DNA of 64,000 bases from Clostridia bacterium (GTDB lineage: Bacteria > Bacillota > Clostridia > UMGS1883): contig JAZORN010000103.1 of NCBI GenBank assembly GCA_045656645.1, positions 18,319-82,318 of the forward strand, written 5' to 3'. A model generated the notes under the pieces. It was given only the letters and a program-made list of their open reading frames with translations, was not told the DNA's origin and searched no databases. A program made the position numbers and the translations under genes. This document shows, one piece after another, positions 34,031-44,758 of this stretch (positions are counted from its first letter, which is position 1; every line of letters starts with the position of its first letter).

Positions 34031-34792
34031 TTATTCAAACATCCATTTTAATACATACTGTATATATTCGTCCCAGAACTCCCATGAATGTGTTCCTGCT
34101 GACTCTTTGTATGTATAATCATAATCAAGGCTTTCAAATTCTTTTCTCAGCTTCTGGTTATCCTCATACAAAAAGTCCTCCGTTCCTACACCCATATATA
34201 TACGGGGCTTTAAAGGATTTTTATTTTGCTCCCCCGCAATTACAAGAAGGTCTTCATTTTCAGGCACAGAAAGCTCATCACCAAAAACAGGCTTCAGCGC
34301 ATCAGGAAACAGCTTGGTTGCCTCCTTAATGTCTGCCACAGAGGAAAGTCCCGCTGCAGCGCAAAAGGCATCACTTCTTTTTAGTCCAATCTTTAATGCA
34401 CCGTAACCGCCCATCGAAAGGCCTGCAATAAAATTATCTTCGCGCTTTTTGGATATATTAAAAAACTCCTGCATCAGACGGGGAAGGTCACGGGCTATAT
34501 ATGTATAATATTTTTCCCCGTGCTTCATATCAGTGTAAAAGCTCTTTCCGCCAAAGGGCATAACAACACAAATTCCGTACTTTTGCGCATAGCGCTCTAT
34601 AGATGTTCTGCGCATCCATATAGTGTGATCATCACTTAATCCGTGAAGAAGATAGAGGCATTTATACTTTTCCTTTTTTGCGTTGTTTTCCACACCTATC
34701 TCCCCGCCCGTGCTTTGCTGGGGAACTATAACATTTACTGTTGTCTGCACACCCAAAGCCTCACTGAATAAATTCATCTGACAAAAAGCCAT
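34031..34792 (-). CDS. Alpha/beta-hydrolase esterase (esterase D / tributyrin esterase-like).
   Basis: Contains YLLHGLSDDH and the nucleophile elbow GLSMGG. Confidence 0.85.
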   Translation of the reverse strand: MAFCQMNLFSEALGVQTTVNVIVPQQSTGGEIGVENNAKKEKYKCLYLLHGLSDDHTIWMRRTSIERYAQKYGICVVMPFGGKSFYTDMKHGEKYYTYIARDLPRLMQEFFNISKKREDNFIAGLSMGGYGALKIGLKRSDAFCAAAGLSSVADIKEATKLFPDALKPVFGDELSVPENEDLLVIAGEQNKNPLKPRIYMGVGTEDFLYEDNQKLRKEFESLDYDYTYKESAGTHSWEFWDEYIQYVLKWMFE

Positions 34793-34796
34793 TATC

Positions 34797-35231
34797 TCAA
34801 ATCCTTTCCATCATAACGTGCACTATTCCCTCTTCCAGAAACTCATCGGAAACGGTGCAAAATCCCATTTTTTCATAAAATCCCATTGCCTGCTTTTGTG
34901 CGTGAACGCTTATTTTTTCGCAGTCAAAATGTTTTTTTATTTCTTCAATACTTTTTTTCATAAGAGTGCTTCCCACGCCTTTTTTATGTTCAAGAGAAAG
35001 CACCCTGCCCACTGTCACTTTCTTTTTTTCTTTGTCTGACATATATGCACGTAAATATGCCCTTACCCTTTTTCCGTCAGACAGAAAGCAGTGCAGACTT
35101 TCATAATCCACATCATCAAGGTCCTGACAGATTATATTTTGCTCAAGCAGAAAAATCTGCGCCCTTGACTTTAAAATTTCATAAAGCTCACACGTGGTAA
35201 GCTGTGAAAATTCCTTTGCAAAAAACTCCAT
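34797..35231 (-). CDS. GNAT-family N-acetyltransferase (ElaA-like).
   Basis: Contains …LYEILKSRAQIFLLEQN… and …GVGSTLMK…. The likely start is ATG at 35231 with a GGAGG RBS. Confidence 0.8.
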   Translation of the reverse strand: MEFFAKEFSQLTTCELYEILKSRAQIFLLEQNIICQDLDDVDYESLHCFLSDGKRVRAYLRAYMSDKEKKKVTVGRVLSLEHKKGVGSTLMKKSIEEIKKHFDCEKISVHAQKQAMGFYEKMGFCTVSDEFLEEGIVHVMMERI

Positions 35232-35325
35232 AATTTCCTCCGTTTTTAACTGATTACCCATATTATAACAGTTTAAATTAAGAAAGGCAACTTTTATTAA
35301 ATAAAAAGTTGCCTTAAATTTATAC

Positions 35326-36678
35326 TTATTCTTTAAAATGTTCTTTTGTAAGCTTTGTTACAACTCTGTACAAGCCTATAACACCAATCATATTGGGAAT
35401 AATCATAAGGCCGTTCATTGTTTCGGAAATGCTCCATATCAAATCAAGATTACCTACGGCACCTATAAATACAACTGCCACATAGATACATCTGTAAATA
35501 AATATGGCTCTATCTGACTTTTTTACAAGGTACTGTATACAAACTTCGCCATAATACGCCCAGCCGAGTATTGTGGAAAGTGCAAAAAATATGGTTGCAA
35601 GAGTAACACCTATTCCGCCGACTGTCGGTATAGCCGAATTAAAAGCTGCGATACTGAGCGCAGATCCCTGATACTCTCCCGTATTCCAAAGTCCTGACGA
35701 AAGGACAATCAGACCTGAAAGAGTACAGATAACAATAGTTGTAAAGAACACCTCAAACATTCCCCAAAGACCCTGCTTTACGGGGTCTTTGGTGCTTGAT
35801 GCGGCGTGTGCTATAGGCGCACTTCCAAGGCCTGCCTCATTAGAAAAAACTCCCCTTGAAAATCCGTAATGCATAGCCGTCATAATACCATAGCCTGCTA
35901 CGCCTCCGCCTGCCGCCCTTATGTTAAACGCTTCTTTAAAAATCAGGCTAAATGCCGCAGGTATTTTATCAATATTTAAAATCAAAGCAACAACAGAACA
36001 CACAACATAAAACACTGCCATAAGAGGGACAAGCTTTTCATTAACAGATGCTATGCGGCGCATTCCGCCTAAAATTACACCTGCCGCAATTATTGTAAGC
36101 ACTGCGCCCGTTATCCACGGTGCAATATTGAACATACTGTTAAGCGCAACAGCTATAGAATTGGACTGCGTGGCATTTCCTGTGCCCATACACGCAAACA
36201 TTGCAAAGATTGCAAACAGTGCGGCAAGCCACTTTAATTTAAGTCCGTTTCGTATGTAATACATCGGTCCGCCGACCCATTCACCCTTTGAATTCTTTTC
36301 ACGGAAATGAAGAGACAGAACTATTTCGGCATATTTTGTAACCATTCCAAGAAGGGCACTTACCCACATCCAGAAGATTGCACCCGGTCCGCCCGATACA
36401 ATAGCAGTTGCAATACCTGCTATACTGCCCGTACCGATAGTTCCCGCCATTGCTGTCGCAACAGCCTGAAACGGACTTACACCCGATGCGTCCTTTTCGT
36501 GCTGATTACTCGAAAAAACACCCAGAATAGTATTTTTAAGCATATAGCCGAACTTTCGAAACTGCAAAAACTTTGTTTCTGATGACAAAAACAGACCCAT
36601 CCAAATTAGTAGTGCAAGCATAACGGGACCCCAGACGATGCCGTTAAGCCTGGCGTTTATTTCGCTTATTAACTCCAT
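35326..36678 (-). CDS. Alanine/glycine:cation symporter (AGCS family).
   Basis: Contains SPFQAVATAMAGTIGTGSIAG. The likely start is MELISEINARLNG at 36678 (RBS AAGGAG). Confidence 0.9.
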   Translation of the reverse strand: MELISEINARLNGIVWGPVMLALLIWMGLFLSSETKFLQFRKFGYMLKNTILGVFSSNQHEKDASGVSPFQAVATAMAGTIGTGSIAGIATAIVSGGPGAIFWMWVSALLGMVTKYAEIVLSLHFREKNSKGEWVGGPMYYIRNGLKLKWLAALFAIFAMFACMGTGNATQSNSIAVALNSMFNIAPWITGAVLTIIAAGVILGGMRRIASVNEKLVPLMAVFYVVCSVVALILNIDKIPAAFSLIFKEAFNIRAAGGGVAGYGIMTAMHYGFSRGVFSNEAGLGSAPIAHAASSTKDPVKQGLWGMFEVFFTTIVICTLSGLIVLSSGLWNTGEYQGSALSIAAFNSAIPTVGGIGVTLATIFFALSTILGWAYYGEVCIQYLVKKSDRAIFIYRCIYVAVVFIGAVGNLDLIWSISETMNGLMIIPNMIGVIGLYRVVTKLTKEHFKE

Positions 36679-36691
36679 ACCTTTTAACTCC

Positions 36692-37144
36692 TTACTTGTT
36701 TTCGGGAAGCAGACAAACCTCGCACTTGTTTGTTGACAGCACAACAGATGTGCGTGTCAGTGATACACCGCTTATACATTTTATATAGTTTAAAATTTCT
36801 TCGAGGGTTTTTCCCGTCTTTGTGACAACCTTTAAAATAAAGTCAAAGTCACCTGCGATATAGTAACACTCTGCAACAGAACTGTTTTCCTTTATTTTTT
36901 CAACAAAATTTTCGTAGTGCTTAGGATGCTCTAAACTGACATATATAAACGCAAAAAGCTCTCTCCCCAAAGCGCTCTGATTAATTATGGTTGTATACTG
37001 CTGTATCATTCCCGAGCTTTCAAGCTTTTTAATTCTTTCAATCACGGCAGAAGTAGACAAATTTATCTTTGTGCCTATGTTTGTTGCGTTCTCACGTGCG
37101 TTTTCCTTTAAGCAGGTTAATATTTTGTAATCTATAGCATCCAT
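36692..37144 (-). CDS. Lrp/AsnC-family transcriptional regulator.
   Basis: Starts MDAIDYKILTCLKENAR…, with a C-terminal RAM/AsnC_trans_reg domain. RBS GGAGGG. Confidence 0.88.
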   Translation of the reverse strand: MDAIDYKILTCLKENARENATNIGTKINLSTSAVIERIKKLESSGMIQQYTTIINQSALGRELFAFIYVSLEHPKHYENFVEKIKENSSVAECYYIAGDFDFILKVVTKTGKTLEEILNYIKCISGVSLTRTSVVLSTNKCEVCLLPENK

Positions 37145-37292
37145 TTTAAATCCCTCCATTTATTAGATTATACGAAAACCGAAAAAAAAAGTAAATATCC
37201 TCATAAAATAACAGTATTTTTTTGTGAAAAAAATAATTATTAGAAATTTTTTACTTTTTTATATTATTTTGGCGAATTTTTTACGGCAAAAA

Positions 37293-37334
37293 AAGGGGTG
37301 TAAAAAAACTTGTTTTTTTACACCCCCTTTTTTG
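37293..37334 (-). terminator. Long perfect hairpin terminator.
   Basis: GGGGTGTAAAAAAA-cttg-TTTTTTTACACCCC, flanked by A-runs and T-runs. Confidence 0.7.
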
Positions 37335-37588
37335 GGGGATAGGAAAAAATGCTTCAGAACGGACAAACTGAGCCAACAAAGCCCATATATGGGCTTTGTT
37401 GGGTTACCCGAAGGCGTACGTGGGTACGTCAAGAGGCGAAGTTTGTTCGTAGCAAAAAGGCTTATAAACTAAGAAAAATCGAATGAAATAAGATTTTTCA
37501 ACCAAATTCAGATGTTTTACAAACTATAAACCACCTGAATTTCGTATCTTTATCGCCTTTTTGCGGTCTGGACTTTTTTTACATCCCC
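37335..37588 (+). repeat. Family-B structured intergenic repeat, copy B1 (254 bp).
   Basis: Outer inverted termini GGGGATAGGAAAAAA… / …TTTTTTTACATCCCC. Conserved core CAGAACGGACAAACT…AGTTTGTTCGTAGCAAAAAGGC…GCCTTTTTGCGGTCTG, shared with 41652-41881 and, inverted, with 59393-59599. Confidence 0.85.
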
Positions 37589-37593
37589 ATTTG

Positions 37594-38436
37594 TCAACCG
37601 ATTATTTTTTCTTTATACTTCATTGTTGTGTTATAGCCTATATCATACATTTTCTGTATCTTGGCGGGATCTCTTTCAGTACGCTTCCAGTCTGAGGTAT
37701 CCTCCTCGGGGGCAATGAGAATAATTCTGCCTGCCTTTTCAAGTTCCAAAAGACGGTGATGCGCATCGTTATACATCTTGGTACGGTTTTCAAGTGCCTT
37801 TTTTAATTCAGGATATTTTTTGTATAAAAAGCTGCTGATACCGATTGCAGGCTCGACCTCTTTTTCATAGCTGCGTTCACGTGTGATAATGACAATCAGC
37901 TTTTCACATCCGTCATCAAGTGCTTTCTGAAAGGGGATAGAGTCAGTAATGCCACCATCCATATAAAGCTTACCGTTTATTTTGATTGGCTGGAAAAGAA
38001 GAGGGAGAGCACAGCTTGCAATAACTATCTGCCATGATTTATCCTCGCTCGTTACGGGAAGATACTCGCACTTGCCCGTTTCTATATTCGTAAGAGCCGC
38101 AATAACAGTGCATCCTGAATTATCATACGCCTCATAATCAAAAGGCAAATATTTATTGGGAAGCTCGTCAAAAACGAATTTTAAGTTGTAAAGACTGCGG
38201 TTTTTGGGGTTGAGCCAATGCCTGAGGCCCATATAACGCTTATCAGGAAGATAGTGAAGACCGATCTGAAGTCCGCGGCCACGCTGCCCCGATACATACG
38301 ATATTCCGTTGGCAACACCTGCAGATGTACCGATGAGGTAATCCGTTTTCACCCCTAAATCTGTAAGTGCATCAAGCGCCCCCACTGTAAAATATCCCCT
38401 GCTGGCACCGCCCTCAAGCACAAGTCCTGATTTCAT
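37594..38436 (-). CDS. Patatin-like phospholipase.
   Basis: Contains GGASRGYF and the GTSAG nucleophile motif. Confidence 0.88.
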   Translation of the reverse strand: MKSGLVLEGGASRGYFTVGALDALTDLGVKTDYLIGTSAGVANGISYVSGQRGRGLQIGLHYLPDKRYMGLRHWLNPKNRSLYNLKFVFDELPNKYLPFDYEAYDNSGCTVIAALTNIETGKCEYLPVTSEDKSWQIVIASCALPLLFQPIKINGKLYMDGGITDSIPFQKALDDGCEKLIVIITRERSYEKEVEPAIGISSFLYKKYPELKKALENRTKMYNDAHHRLLELEKAGRIILIAPEEDTSDWKRTERDPAKIQKMYDIGYNTTMKYKEKIIG

Positions 38437-38487
38437 AGTGTGTTCCTCCCAAAAAACTTAGTGTTAATTCTATTATATCTGTATTAA

Positions 38488-39357
38488 TCAAATGTTTTCA
38501 AGGTCCCTTTGTATTTGATTTTTAAGTTCATCTATACTTTGAAATTTAATTTCAGGGCGAAGAAAATCAATAAATTCAATTTTAATTTCTTTTCCGTAAA
38601 GATTTCCCTCAAACTGTGGAATATACGTTTCCGTACGCAGATTTTCACCGCCTACGGTAGGATTAATTCCTGCGTTTGTAATCGCCTTATATATGGTATT
38701 ATCTACCCATACCTGCGTTTTGTATACTCCGTTTTTAAGCTGCGCGCAAAAATTGTCAGGAAATACATTTGCAGTTGGAAAACCAAGCGTTCTCCCAAGA
38801 TGCTTCCCGTGGTGCACTTTCCCAAAAATGCAGAAGCTTCTTCCTAAGAGATGATTAGCCTGCATTATGCTTCCTTCTTTAAGAAGTGTCCTGATACGGC
38901 TTGAAGAAACACTCTCTCCGCCTGACATAATTGCAGGAATACTCTGTGTTTTAAAGCCATATTTTTCACCGTAACTCTTTAAAAGCTCCACATCACCCGT
39001 TCCGCCCTTGCCAAAGCGGTAGTTATAGCCGCACACTGCATATTTTACATTATATTTTTTTATAAGTATTTCAAGGATGAAATCCTCTGCACTCATATCA
39101 AGAAGGCTTTTATCTGTTTTAAGAAATTCCGTTTCTGCACCAAGTGTGCTTATAAGCCGTACCTTTTCATCATTTTCTGTAAGATAACGTGCAGTGTCGG
39201 GGCGCAGAATTTCAGTGGGTGACTTGTCAAAGGTCAGCGCTACGGGCGTAAGGTTATTTTGTTTTGCGTAATCTACAGCAGTTTGTATTATTTTCTGATG
39301 GGCAATATGCACTCCGTCAAAAAAACCAAGCGCAACTGCACAAGCTGTATTTATCAT
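38488..39357 (-). CDS. ribF: Bifunctional riboflavin kinase / FAD synthetase.
   Basis: Contains ALGFFDGVHIAHQ, with C-terminal riboflavin kinase motifs (GFPTAN). Confidence 0.93.
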   Translation of the reverse strand: MINTACAVALGFFDGVHIAHQKIIQTAVDYAKQNNLTPVALTFDKSPTEILRPDTARYLTENDEKVRLISTLGAETEFLKTDKSLLDMSAEDFILEILIKKYNVKYAVCGYNYRFGKGGTGDVELLKSYGEKYGFKTQSIPAIMSGGESVSSSRIRTLLKEGSIMQANHLLGRSFCIFGKVHHGKHLGRTLGFPTANVFPDNFCAQLKNGVYKTQVWVDNTIYKAITNAGINPTVGGENLRTETYIPQFEGNLYGKEIKIEFIDFLRPEIKFQSIDELKNQIQRDLENI

Positions 39358-40256
39358 TGATAAAACCCCTTTATAAGCTTAAGACATTCTCTGCCGTCCG
39401 AAATTGCCGCCTCTGAAAGGGCGATAAACTTACCGTTTTCGTCATAAATACGGAAAATATCTCCCTGCTTTTTACCACGAAAATATATCGGTACACCGTT
39501 TTTTACCCTGTCTGCCCTTTTTTTGTCAAGGTATATAGCTTCGTAGTTTTTAAATACTGTGTCAAGGGGGAGAATGGCTTTTTCTGCTTCACCCTTTTCG
39601 CCAAGCAGTATAAGCTCATCAGGCGTAATGGAATTTTCTATACAAAAATCGCCTGATGCTGTTCTGCAAAGCTCGCTTATGCATCCACCGCAGCCTAAAG
39701 CGTCGCCAATATCTGCCGCCAGTGTACGTATATATGTACCCTTAGAGCAATGCACGCTTATTTTTACATACGGAAGATTAATTTCCCTGATATCAATGGA
39801 AAAAACGGTGATTTTACGTGCTTTACGCTCAACATCTATTCCCTGACGGGCAAGATTATAAAGCCTTTCCCCGTTAAGCTGAATTGCACTGTACATAGGG
39901 GGGATCTGGTCTATTTCGCCAACGAAAGAGGAAATTACCCTTTTTATATCTTCTTCTGTTACATTTACTTCGTTTGTCTGGATAATTGTCCCCGCCATAT
40001 CAAGTGTGTCTGTTTTTGTGCCTAAAAGAACGGTTGCATCATAGCGTTTATCCTCAGCGACAAGAAAATCTGCCGCCTTTGTTGCACTGCCTACCAAAAT
40101 AGGGAGTACACCGCACGCCTCAGGGTCAAGTGTGCCCGTATGCCCTACTTTTTTCATATTAAGCGCCTTGCGCACAATACTTACGCATCTGTGCGAAGAA
40201 CCGCCCACGGGCTTATTAAGAATTATTATTCCACAGTATTGATTGTTCATAAACAT
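39354..40256 (-). CDS. truB: tRNA pseudouridine(55) synthase TruB.
   Basis: Contains KVGHTGTLDP. Confidence 0.93.
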   Translation of the reverse strand: MFMNNQYCGIIILNKPVGGSSHRCVSIVRKALNMKKVGHTGTLDPEACGVLPILVGSATKAADFLVAEDKRYDATVLLGTKTDTLDMAGTIIQTNEVNVTEEDIKRVISSFVGEIDQIPPMYSAIQLNGERLYNLARQGIDVERKARKITVFSIDIREINLPYVKISVHCSKGTYIRTLAADIGDALGCGGCISELCRTASGDFCIENSITPDELILLGEKGEAEKAILPLDTVFKNYEAIYLDKKRADRVKNGVPIYFRGKKQGDIFRIYDENGKFIALSEAAISDGRECLKLIKGFYQ

Positions 40257-41203
40257 CCTTTCAAGCTTTCCACAAGCTTTCTTTCAGCCTCGTCAATAGT
40301 GACGTTTTCAAACGTACAGCCTGCAGCCTTTTTATGACCGCCACCGCCAAAACTGCGTGCAATCGGCTCGATATTGTAATCTCCGAGACTACGCAGGTTA
40401 ACACGGATTTTTCCGTCTTCAAGCTCCTTTAAAAATGCGCTTATCATAACACCGTCAATGCTTCTGGGAAGCTGCGAAAGCGCATCTGTATCAGAGGGCT
40501 TAGCTCCGTATTTATTAAGTGTCTGCATTGTTATTTTTGCAGTAGCTATCTTTCCGTCCTCATAAAGGCAGATTGAATTTATCGCCTCCGCCTTTAATTT
40601 AAGCTGTGTCAGGGTATTTCTTTCATAAAGCATACTGCAAAGCTCTGTAGCATTTATTCCCGCCTCGGTAAGTGCAATCAGAATTTCGTACGTGCGCTTA
40701 TTTACAGATGCATACTGAAAAGAGCCTGTGTCCGAGGAAATGGCACAGTAAAGGTAGCTTGCAATGCTCTTTGTAATTTCTAAATTTGCCGCAGTGAGCA
40801 TTTCGAAAACAAGTTCGCCTGTGGCAGAGCGTGACGGCTCTACATAAGAAAGAGCGGCAAAAGTTTGGCTTTGGTGGTGGTGGTCAACACACACTGTATT
40901 ATCGTTTTGTGTGAAGAATTTACCCCACGCCCCCATTCTGTCAGGAGCACCTACATCAAGTGCGCAGTAACATTCATAATCAGGCTTTTGTGAGCCTTCC
41001 GTATAAATTACAACATCAGTTTCCATAAAACCGAGATGACGGGAAAGGGGTTCATCTGTAAAAATGTCAGCTTTTTTCCCAAGAGCACGAAGTGCACCCC
41101 TTAAGGCAAACGCACTTCCTATGCAGTCCCAGTCAGGATTTACGTGTACAAAAATGGCAACCGAGCGGCACTTTAAAAGATGCTCAATCACTATTTTTTG
41201 CAT
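40247..41203 (-). CDS. DHH/DHHA1-family phosphoesterase (NrnA-like oligoribonuclease/pAp phosphatase).
   Basis: Contains HVNPDWDCIGS, a DHH motif (VCVDHHH) and GGGH (DHHA1). Confidence 0.85.
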   Translation of the reverse strand: MQKIVIEHLLKCRSVAIFVHVNPDWDCIGSAFALRGALRALGKKADIFTDEPLSRHLGFMETDVVIYTEGSQKPDYECYCALDVGAPDRMGAWGKFFTQNDNTVCVDHHHQSQTFAALSYVEPSRSATGELVFEMLTAANLEITKSIASYLYCAISSDTGSFQYASVNKRTYEILIALTEAGINATELCSMLYERNTLTQLKLKAEAINSICLYEDGKIATAKITMQTLNKYGAKPSDTDALSQLPRSIDGVMISAFLKELEDGKIRVNLRSLGDYNIEPIARSFGGGGHKKAAGCTFENVTIDEAERKLVESLKGCL

Positions 41204-41217
41204 AGCAACTACTCCTT

Positions 41218-41565
41218 TCAGTCGTTACTTTCAATATCGTGAAGAAGCTTATTTATATGTGCACCGTATTCAATGGAGGTGTCCTCCACAAATGAAAATT
41301 CCGGAACACAGCGAAGCTTTATACGGCTTCCGATTTCACGTCTGATATACCCACGGGCAGCGGTGAGCGCCTTAAGCGCATCCTTTTTTTCATCAGCAGA
41401 GCCCATAACGCTGATATATGCCTTCGCATAACTTAAATCACTTGTCACATTTACGCTGACAACACTTGTCATCATAGGAATTCTCGGGTCTTTAAGCTCA
41501 CGGATAACACTGCTTAATTCCTTTTTTATTTCTTCAGATATTCTGTCTGTTCTTTTAAAAGACAT
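41218..41565 (-). CDS. rbfA: Ribosome-binding factor A.
   Basis: Contains RISEEIKKELSSVI…VNVTSDLSYAKAYIS. Confidence 0.93.
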   Translation of the reverse strand: MSFKRTDRISEEIKKELSSVIRELKDPRIPMMTSVVSVNVTSDLSYAKAYISVMGSADEKKDALKALTAARGYIRREIGSRIKLRCVPEFSFVEDTSIEYGAHINKLLHDIESND

Positions 41566-41651
41566 AACATTTCCCTTCTTTCAAAAATAAGTAAATGAGA
41601 GATTTCCTCATTTACTTATTTTATCTTTATTGTAGATAATTATTAGATTTA

Positions 41652-41881
41652 GGGATAGGAAAAAAGGTTCAGAACGGACAAACTAAACCCCGAAGGGGCT
41701 TGCCCGAAGCTGTATGTGTATACAGCGAGAGGTGAAGTTTGTTCGTAGCAAAAAGGCTTAGTACAAAGAAAAACAGAGCGTAGTGAGGTTTTTCAACATT
41801 ACATACATAAAACTGAAAATTTGCACTTTCCTAAAGTTAATATTTCTTGCCTTTTTGCGGTCTGGGCATTTTTAACATCCC
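41652..41881 (+). repeat. Family-B structured intergenic repeat, copy B2 (230 bp), between infB and rbfA.
   Basis: It begins 1 nt from the infB stop codon (41883-41885). It has the same core as B1 but different hairpin sequences. Confidence 0.85.
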
Positions 41882-41882
41882 G

Positions 41883-44174
41883 TTAGCGAGCGACTTCTTC
41901 CATTACGAAGCATTCAACATTGTCGCCCTCTTTAATATCGTTGAAACGTACGAAGCCCATACCGCATTCATAGCCGCTTGCAACTTCTTTAACGTCATCC
42001 TTGAAACGCTTGAGTGAATCAAGCTCACCCTCATGGATAACGATACCGTCACGTACAATTCTTACGCTGCAGTTGCGCTGAATTTTACCGTCTGTAACAT
42101 AACATCCGCCGATTGTACCTACACCGCTTACCTTGAAGGTCTGACGGATTTCTGCGTGACCGATAACAGCCTCACGGAAGGTAGGTGCAAGCATACCCTT
42201 CATAGCTGCCTCAATTTCCTCAATAGCCTCATATATTACACGGTACATACGCATATCAACCTTGTTAAGCTCTGCCGCATTTCTGCCGCCCACATCAGGA
42301 CGTACGTTAAAGCCAACAATAATTGCATTTGATGCAGATGCGAGGGTAACGTCGCTTTCAGTGATAGCACCTACTGCGCCGTGAATTACTCTTACACGTA
42401 CTTCCTCGTTTGAAAGCTTTTCAAGGCTCTGCCTTACAGCCTCAACACTACCCTGGACGTCAGCCTTAACGATAATATTAAGGTCTTTTACATCACCCTG
42501 CTGAATCTGGCTGAAGAGGTCATCAAGGTTAACTCTCTGACGTGCCTTGTTGGCATCGTCTTTTATCTTCTGCTTTCTTGTTTCAACAACGTGACGTGCG
42601 GCACGCTCGTCGCTTACTACATAGAACGGATCGCCGCCATCGGGTGTTTCGCTGAGACCTACAATCTCAACAGGGGTGGAGGGAACAGCCTCTTTAATCT
42701 TCTTTCCGTGATCGTCAACCATTGCCCTTACTCTGCCCACTGCAGTACCCGTAACAATGATGTCGCCCTGTCTGAGTGTTCCGTTTTGTACAAGAACTGT
42801 TGCAACGGGACCTCTGCCCTTATCGAGCTTCGCCTCAATAACAGTACCTCTTGCCTGACGGTTGGGGTTAGCCTTAAGCTCCTTCATTTCGGCGGTGAGA
42901 AGCACCATTTCAAGAAGTGAATCAATATTCTTACGCTGTTTTGCACTAACCTCTACGCAGATAACATCGCCACCCCATTCCTCGGGAACAAGGCCGTGCT
43001 CTGTAAGCTCCTGCTTAACTCTGTCAGGATTAGCACCGTCTTTATCTATCTTATTGATTGCTACAATTATACTTACCTCAGCAGCCTTTGCGTGGTTAAT
43101 AGCCCCGATAGTCTGGGGCATAATACCGTCGTCTGCCGCTACAACGAGGATTGCAATGTCCGTAACAAGGGCACCGCGGGCACGCATTGCGGTAAACGCC
43201 TCATGTCCGGGGGTATCAAGGAATGCAATCTGATTTCCGTTTATATTTACCATATATGCACCGATGTGCTGTGTGATACCGCCAGCCTCGCTTGCCGTAA
43301 CGTTTGTTGAGCGGATTGCGTCAAGAAGACTTGTTTTACCGTGGTCAACGTGACCCATTACGCAGACAACAGGGGGACGGGGAAGAAGGTCCTTTTCTTC
43401 ATCGGGAGCTTCTGCATCACTTAAAAGACGTTCTTCTTCGGTGATGATGATTTCTCTTTCAACCTCTGCGCCCATATCCTCTGCAATAAGTGCAGCAACA
43501 TCATATTCAATATCCTGCGTGATTGCCGCCATAATTCCAAGCTGCATAAGACGCTTTATAATTTCTGTAGCGCCCACCTTGAGCTTTTGTGCAAGGTCAC
43601 CCACAGTAATTGTATCGGGAATAATGATGTGAAGCGGCTGCTTCTTTTCTTCCTTTTTGGGCTTTGGCATTTCAGGCTGCTTGGGCTGACTTTTCTTTTG
43701 CGGCTGCTGCTTGTTTTTATTCTTCTTAACTCTCTGCTTATTTGTTTCCGTATCCTTGATTTCAGGGGCAAGCTCTTCAGCCTTTTCCTTTGCAAGCTGC
43801 ATATCAAGGTCAACGGCATTTGTTCTTGTGTCAACATAACGCACATTTTTTGTGGGGGTAATAACCTCATCAATGCTTTCTTCTGCAGGAGCGGAAATTT
43901 CGGTGGCTTTTTCCTCTTTCTCAGCCTTTTTTGTTGCTTTAGCTTCCTGCTCCTTAAGAGCCTTTTCCTGATGTGCGTTTACATATTCTTCTATAGTAGA
44001 GCCGTCATCAAATTTTTGTGTATAGTAATCCATCACAACGCTCATCTCGTAAACATCAAGAGAAGCGGCTGTGCTTTTCGTAATCCCCATAACATCGGAA
44101 AGCATTTTTACAATTTCCTTACCGGGAACATTTATAGCTTTTGCTATTGCGCTGATTTTCTGTTTTGCGATCAT
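41883..44174 (-). CDS. infB: Translation initiation factor IF-2.
   Basis: GTPase motifs [17 protein letters not shown] and NKID. Confidence 0.97.
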   Translation of the reverse strand: MIAKQKISAIAKAINVPGKEIVKMLSDVMGITKSTAASLDVYEMSVVMDYYTQKFDDGSTIEEYVNAHQEKALKEQEAKATKKAEKEEKATEISAPAEESIDEVITPTKNVRYVDTRTNAVDLDMQLAKEKAEELAPEIKDTETNKQRVKKNKNKQQPQKKSQPKQPEMPKPKKEEKKQPLHIIIPDTITVGDLAQKLKVGATEIIKRLMQLGIMAAITQDIEYDVAALIAEDMGAEVEREIIITEEERLLSDAEAPDEEKDLLPRPPVVCVMGHVDHGKTSLLDAIRSTNVTASEAGGITQHIGAYMVNINGNQIAFLDTPGHEAFTAMRARGALVTDIAILVVAADDGIMPQTIGAINHAKAAEVSIIVAINKIDKDGANPDRVKQELTEHGLVPEEWGGDVICVEVSAKQRKNIDSLLEMVLLTAEMKELKANPNRQARGTVIEAKLDKGRGPVATVLVQNGTLRQGDIIVTGTAVGRVRAMVDDHGKKIKEAVPSTPVEIVGLSETPDGGDPFYVVSDERAARHVVETRKQKIKDDANKARQRVNLDDLFSQIQQGDVKDLNIIVKADVQGSVEAVRQSLEKLSNEEVRVRVIHGAVGAITESDVTLASASNAIIVGFNVRPDVGGRNAAELNKVDMRMYRVIYEAIEEIEAAMKGMLAPTFREAVIGHAEIRQTFKVSGVGTIGGCYVTDGKIQRNCSVRIVRDGIVIHEGELDSLKRFKDDVKEVASGYECGMGFVRFNDIKEGDNVECFVMEEVAR

Positions 44175-44195
44175 ATTTTAGCACCTCCGTAAATT

Positions 44196-44510
44196 TTAGA
44201 GCGTATCACTCGGCACCATCTTTTTTATGATGGCATTGGCAAAGCCTTCATCACATATTGCAATCACGGGCATATCTTTTTTTCCTGCCGCACGGCTTAA
44301 AGAAGCCTTGTCAGAATAAAAAACAATCTTAATGCCTTCGGTGCGGCATTTCCCCTCAATCCGTCTTTTGTTGCTGGTGCCAATATCCTCCGCCGCTATA
44401 ACGAGACTTGCACGCCCTTCATCAATTGCCTTTTCTGTCATAAAAACTCCAAAGGCTGCCTTGTTTGCACGAACAGCCAGACCAATCATACCAAGTAATC
44501 TATCGTTCAT
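44196..44510 (-). CDS. L7Ae/L30e-family RNA-binding protein (YlxQ-like).
   Basis: Size and its position between ylxR and infB. Contains GLAVRANKAAFG. Confidence 0.8.
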   Translation of the reverse strand: MNDRLLGMIGLAVRANKAAFGVFMTEKAIDEGRASLVIAAEDIGTSNKRRIEGKCRTEGIKIVFYSDKASLSRAAGKKDMPVIAICDEGFANAIIKKMVPSDTL

Positions 44511-44758
44511 TAAATCAGTTCCTTTTTAATGTTTTCTTTTAACTCGGGCGGAAGTGCAGCTTTGAAAGCACGTTCAAACGAACGCTGTTTTTCAAATTTC
44601 TCTCTGCACTCGCCATTTTTGCATATGTATGCACCGCGCCCCGGAAGCTTTCCCTGCGTATCAAGGTTAAACTGACCATCAAATTTTACAACACGCAAAA
44701 GCTCTTCCTTAGGCTTCATTTGCCTGCATACAACGCACATTCTGAAAGGGATGGACAT
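44510..44758 (-). CDS. YlxR/RnpM (DUF448) RNA-binding protein.
   Basis: Contains [19 protein letters not shown]. Confidence 0.88.
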   Translation of the reverse strand: MSIPFRMCVVCRQMKPKEELLRVVKFDGQFNLDTQGKLPGRGAYICKNGECREKFEKQRSFERAFKAALPPELKENIKKELI

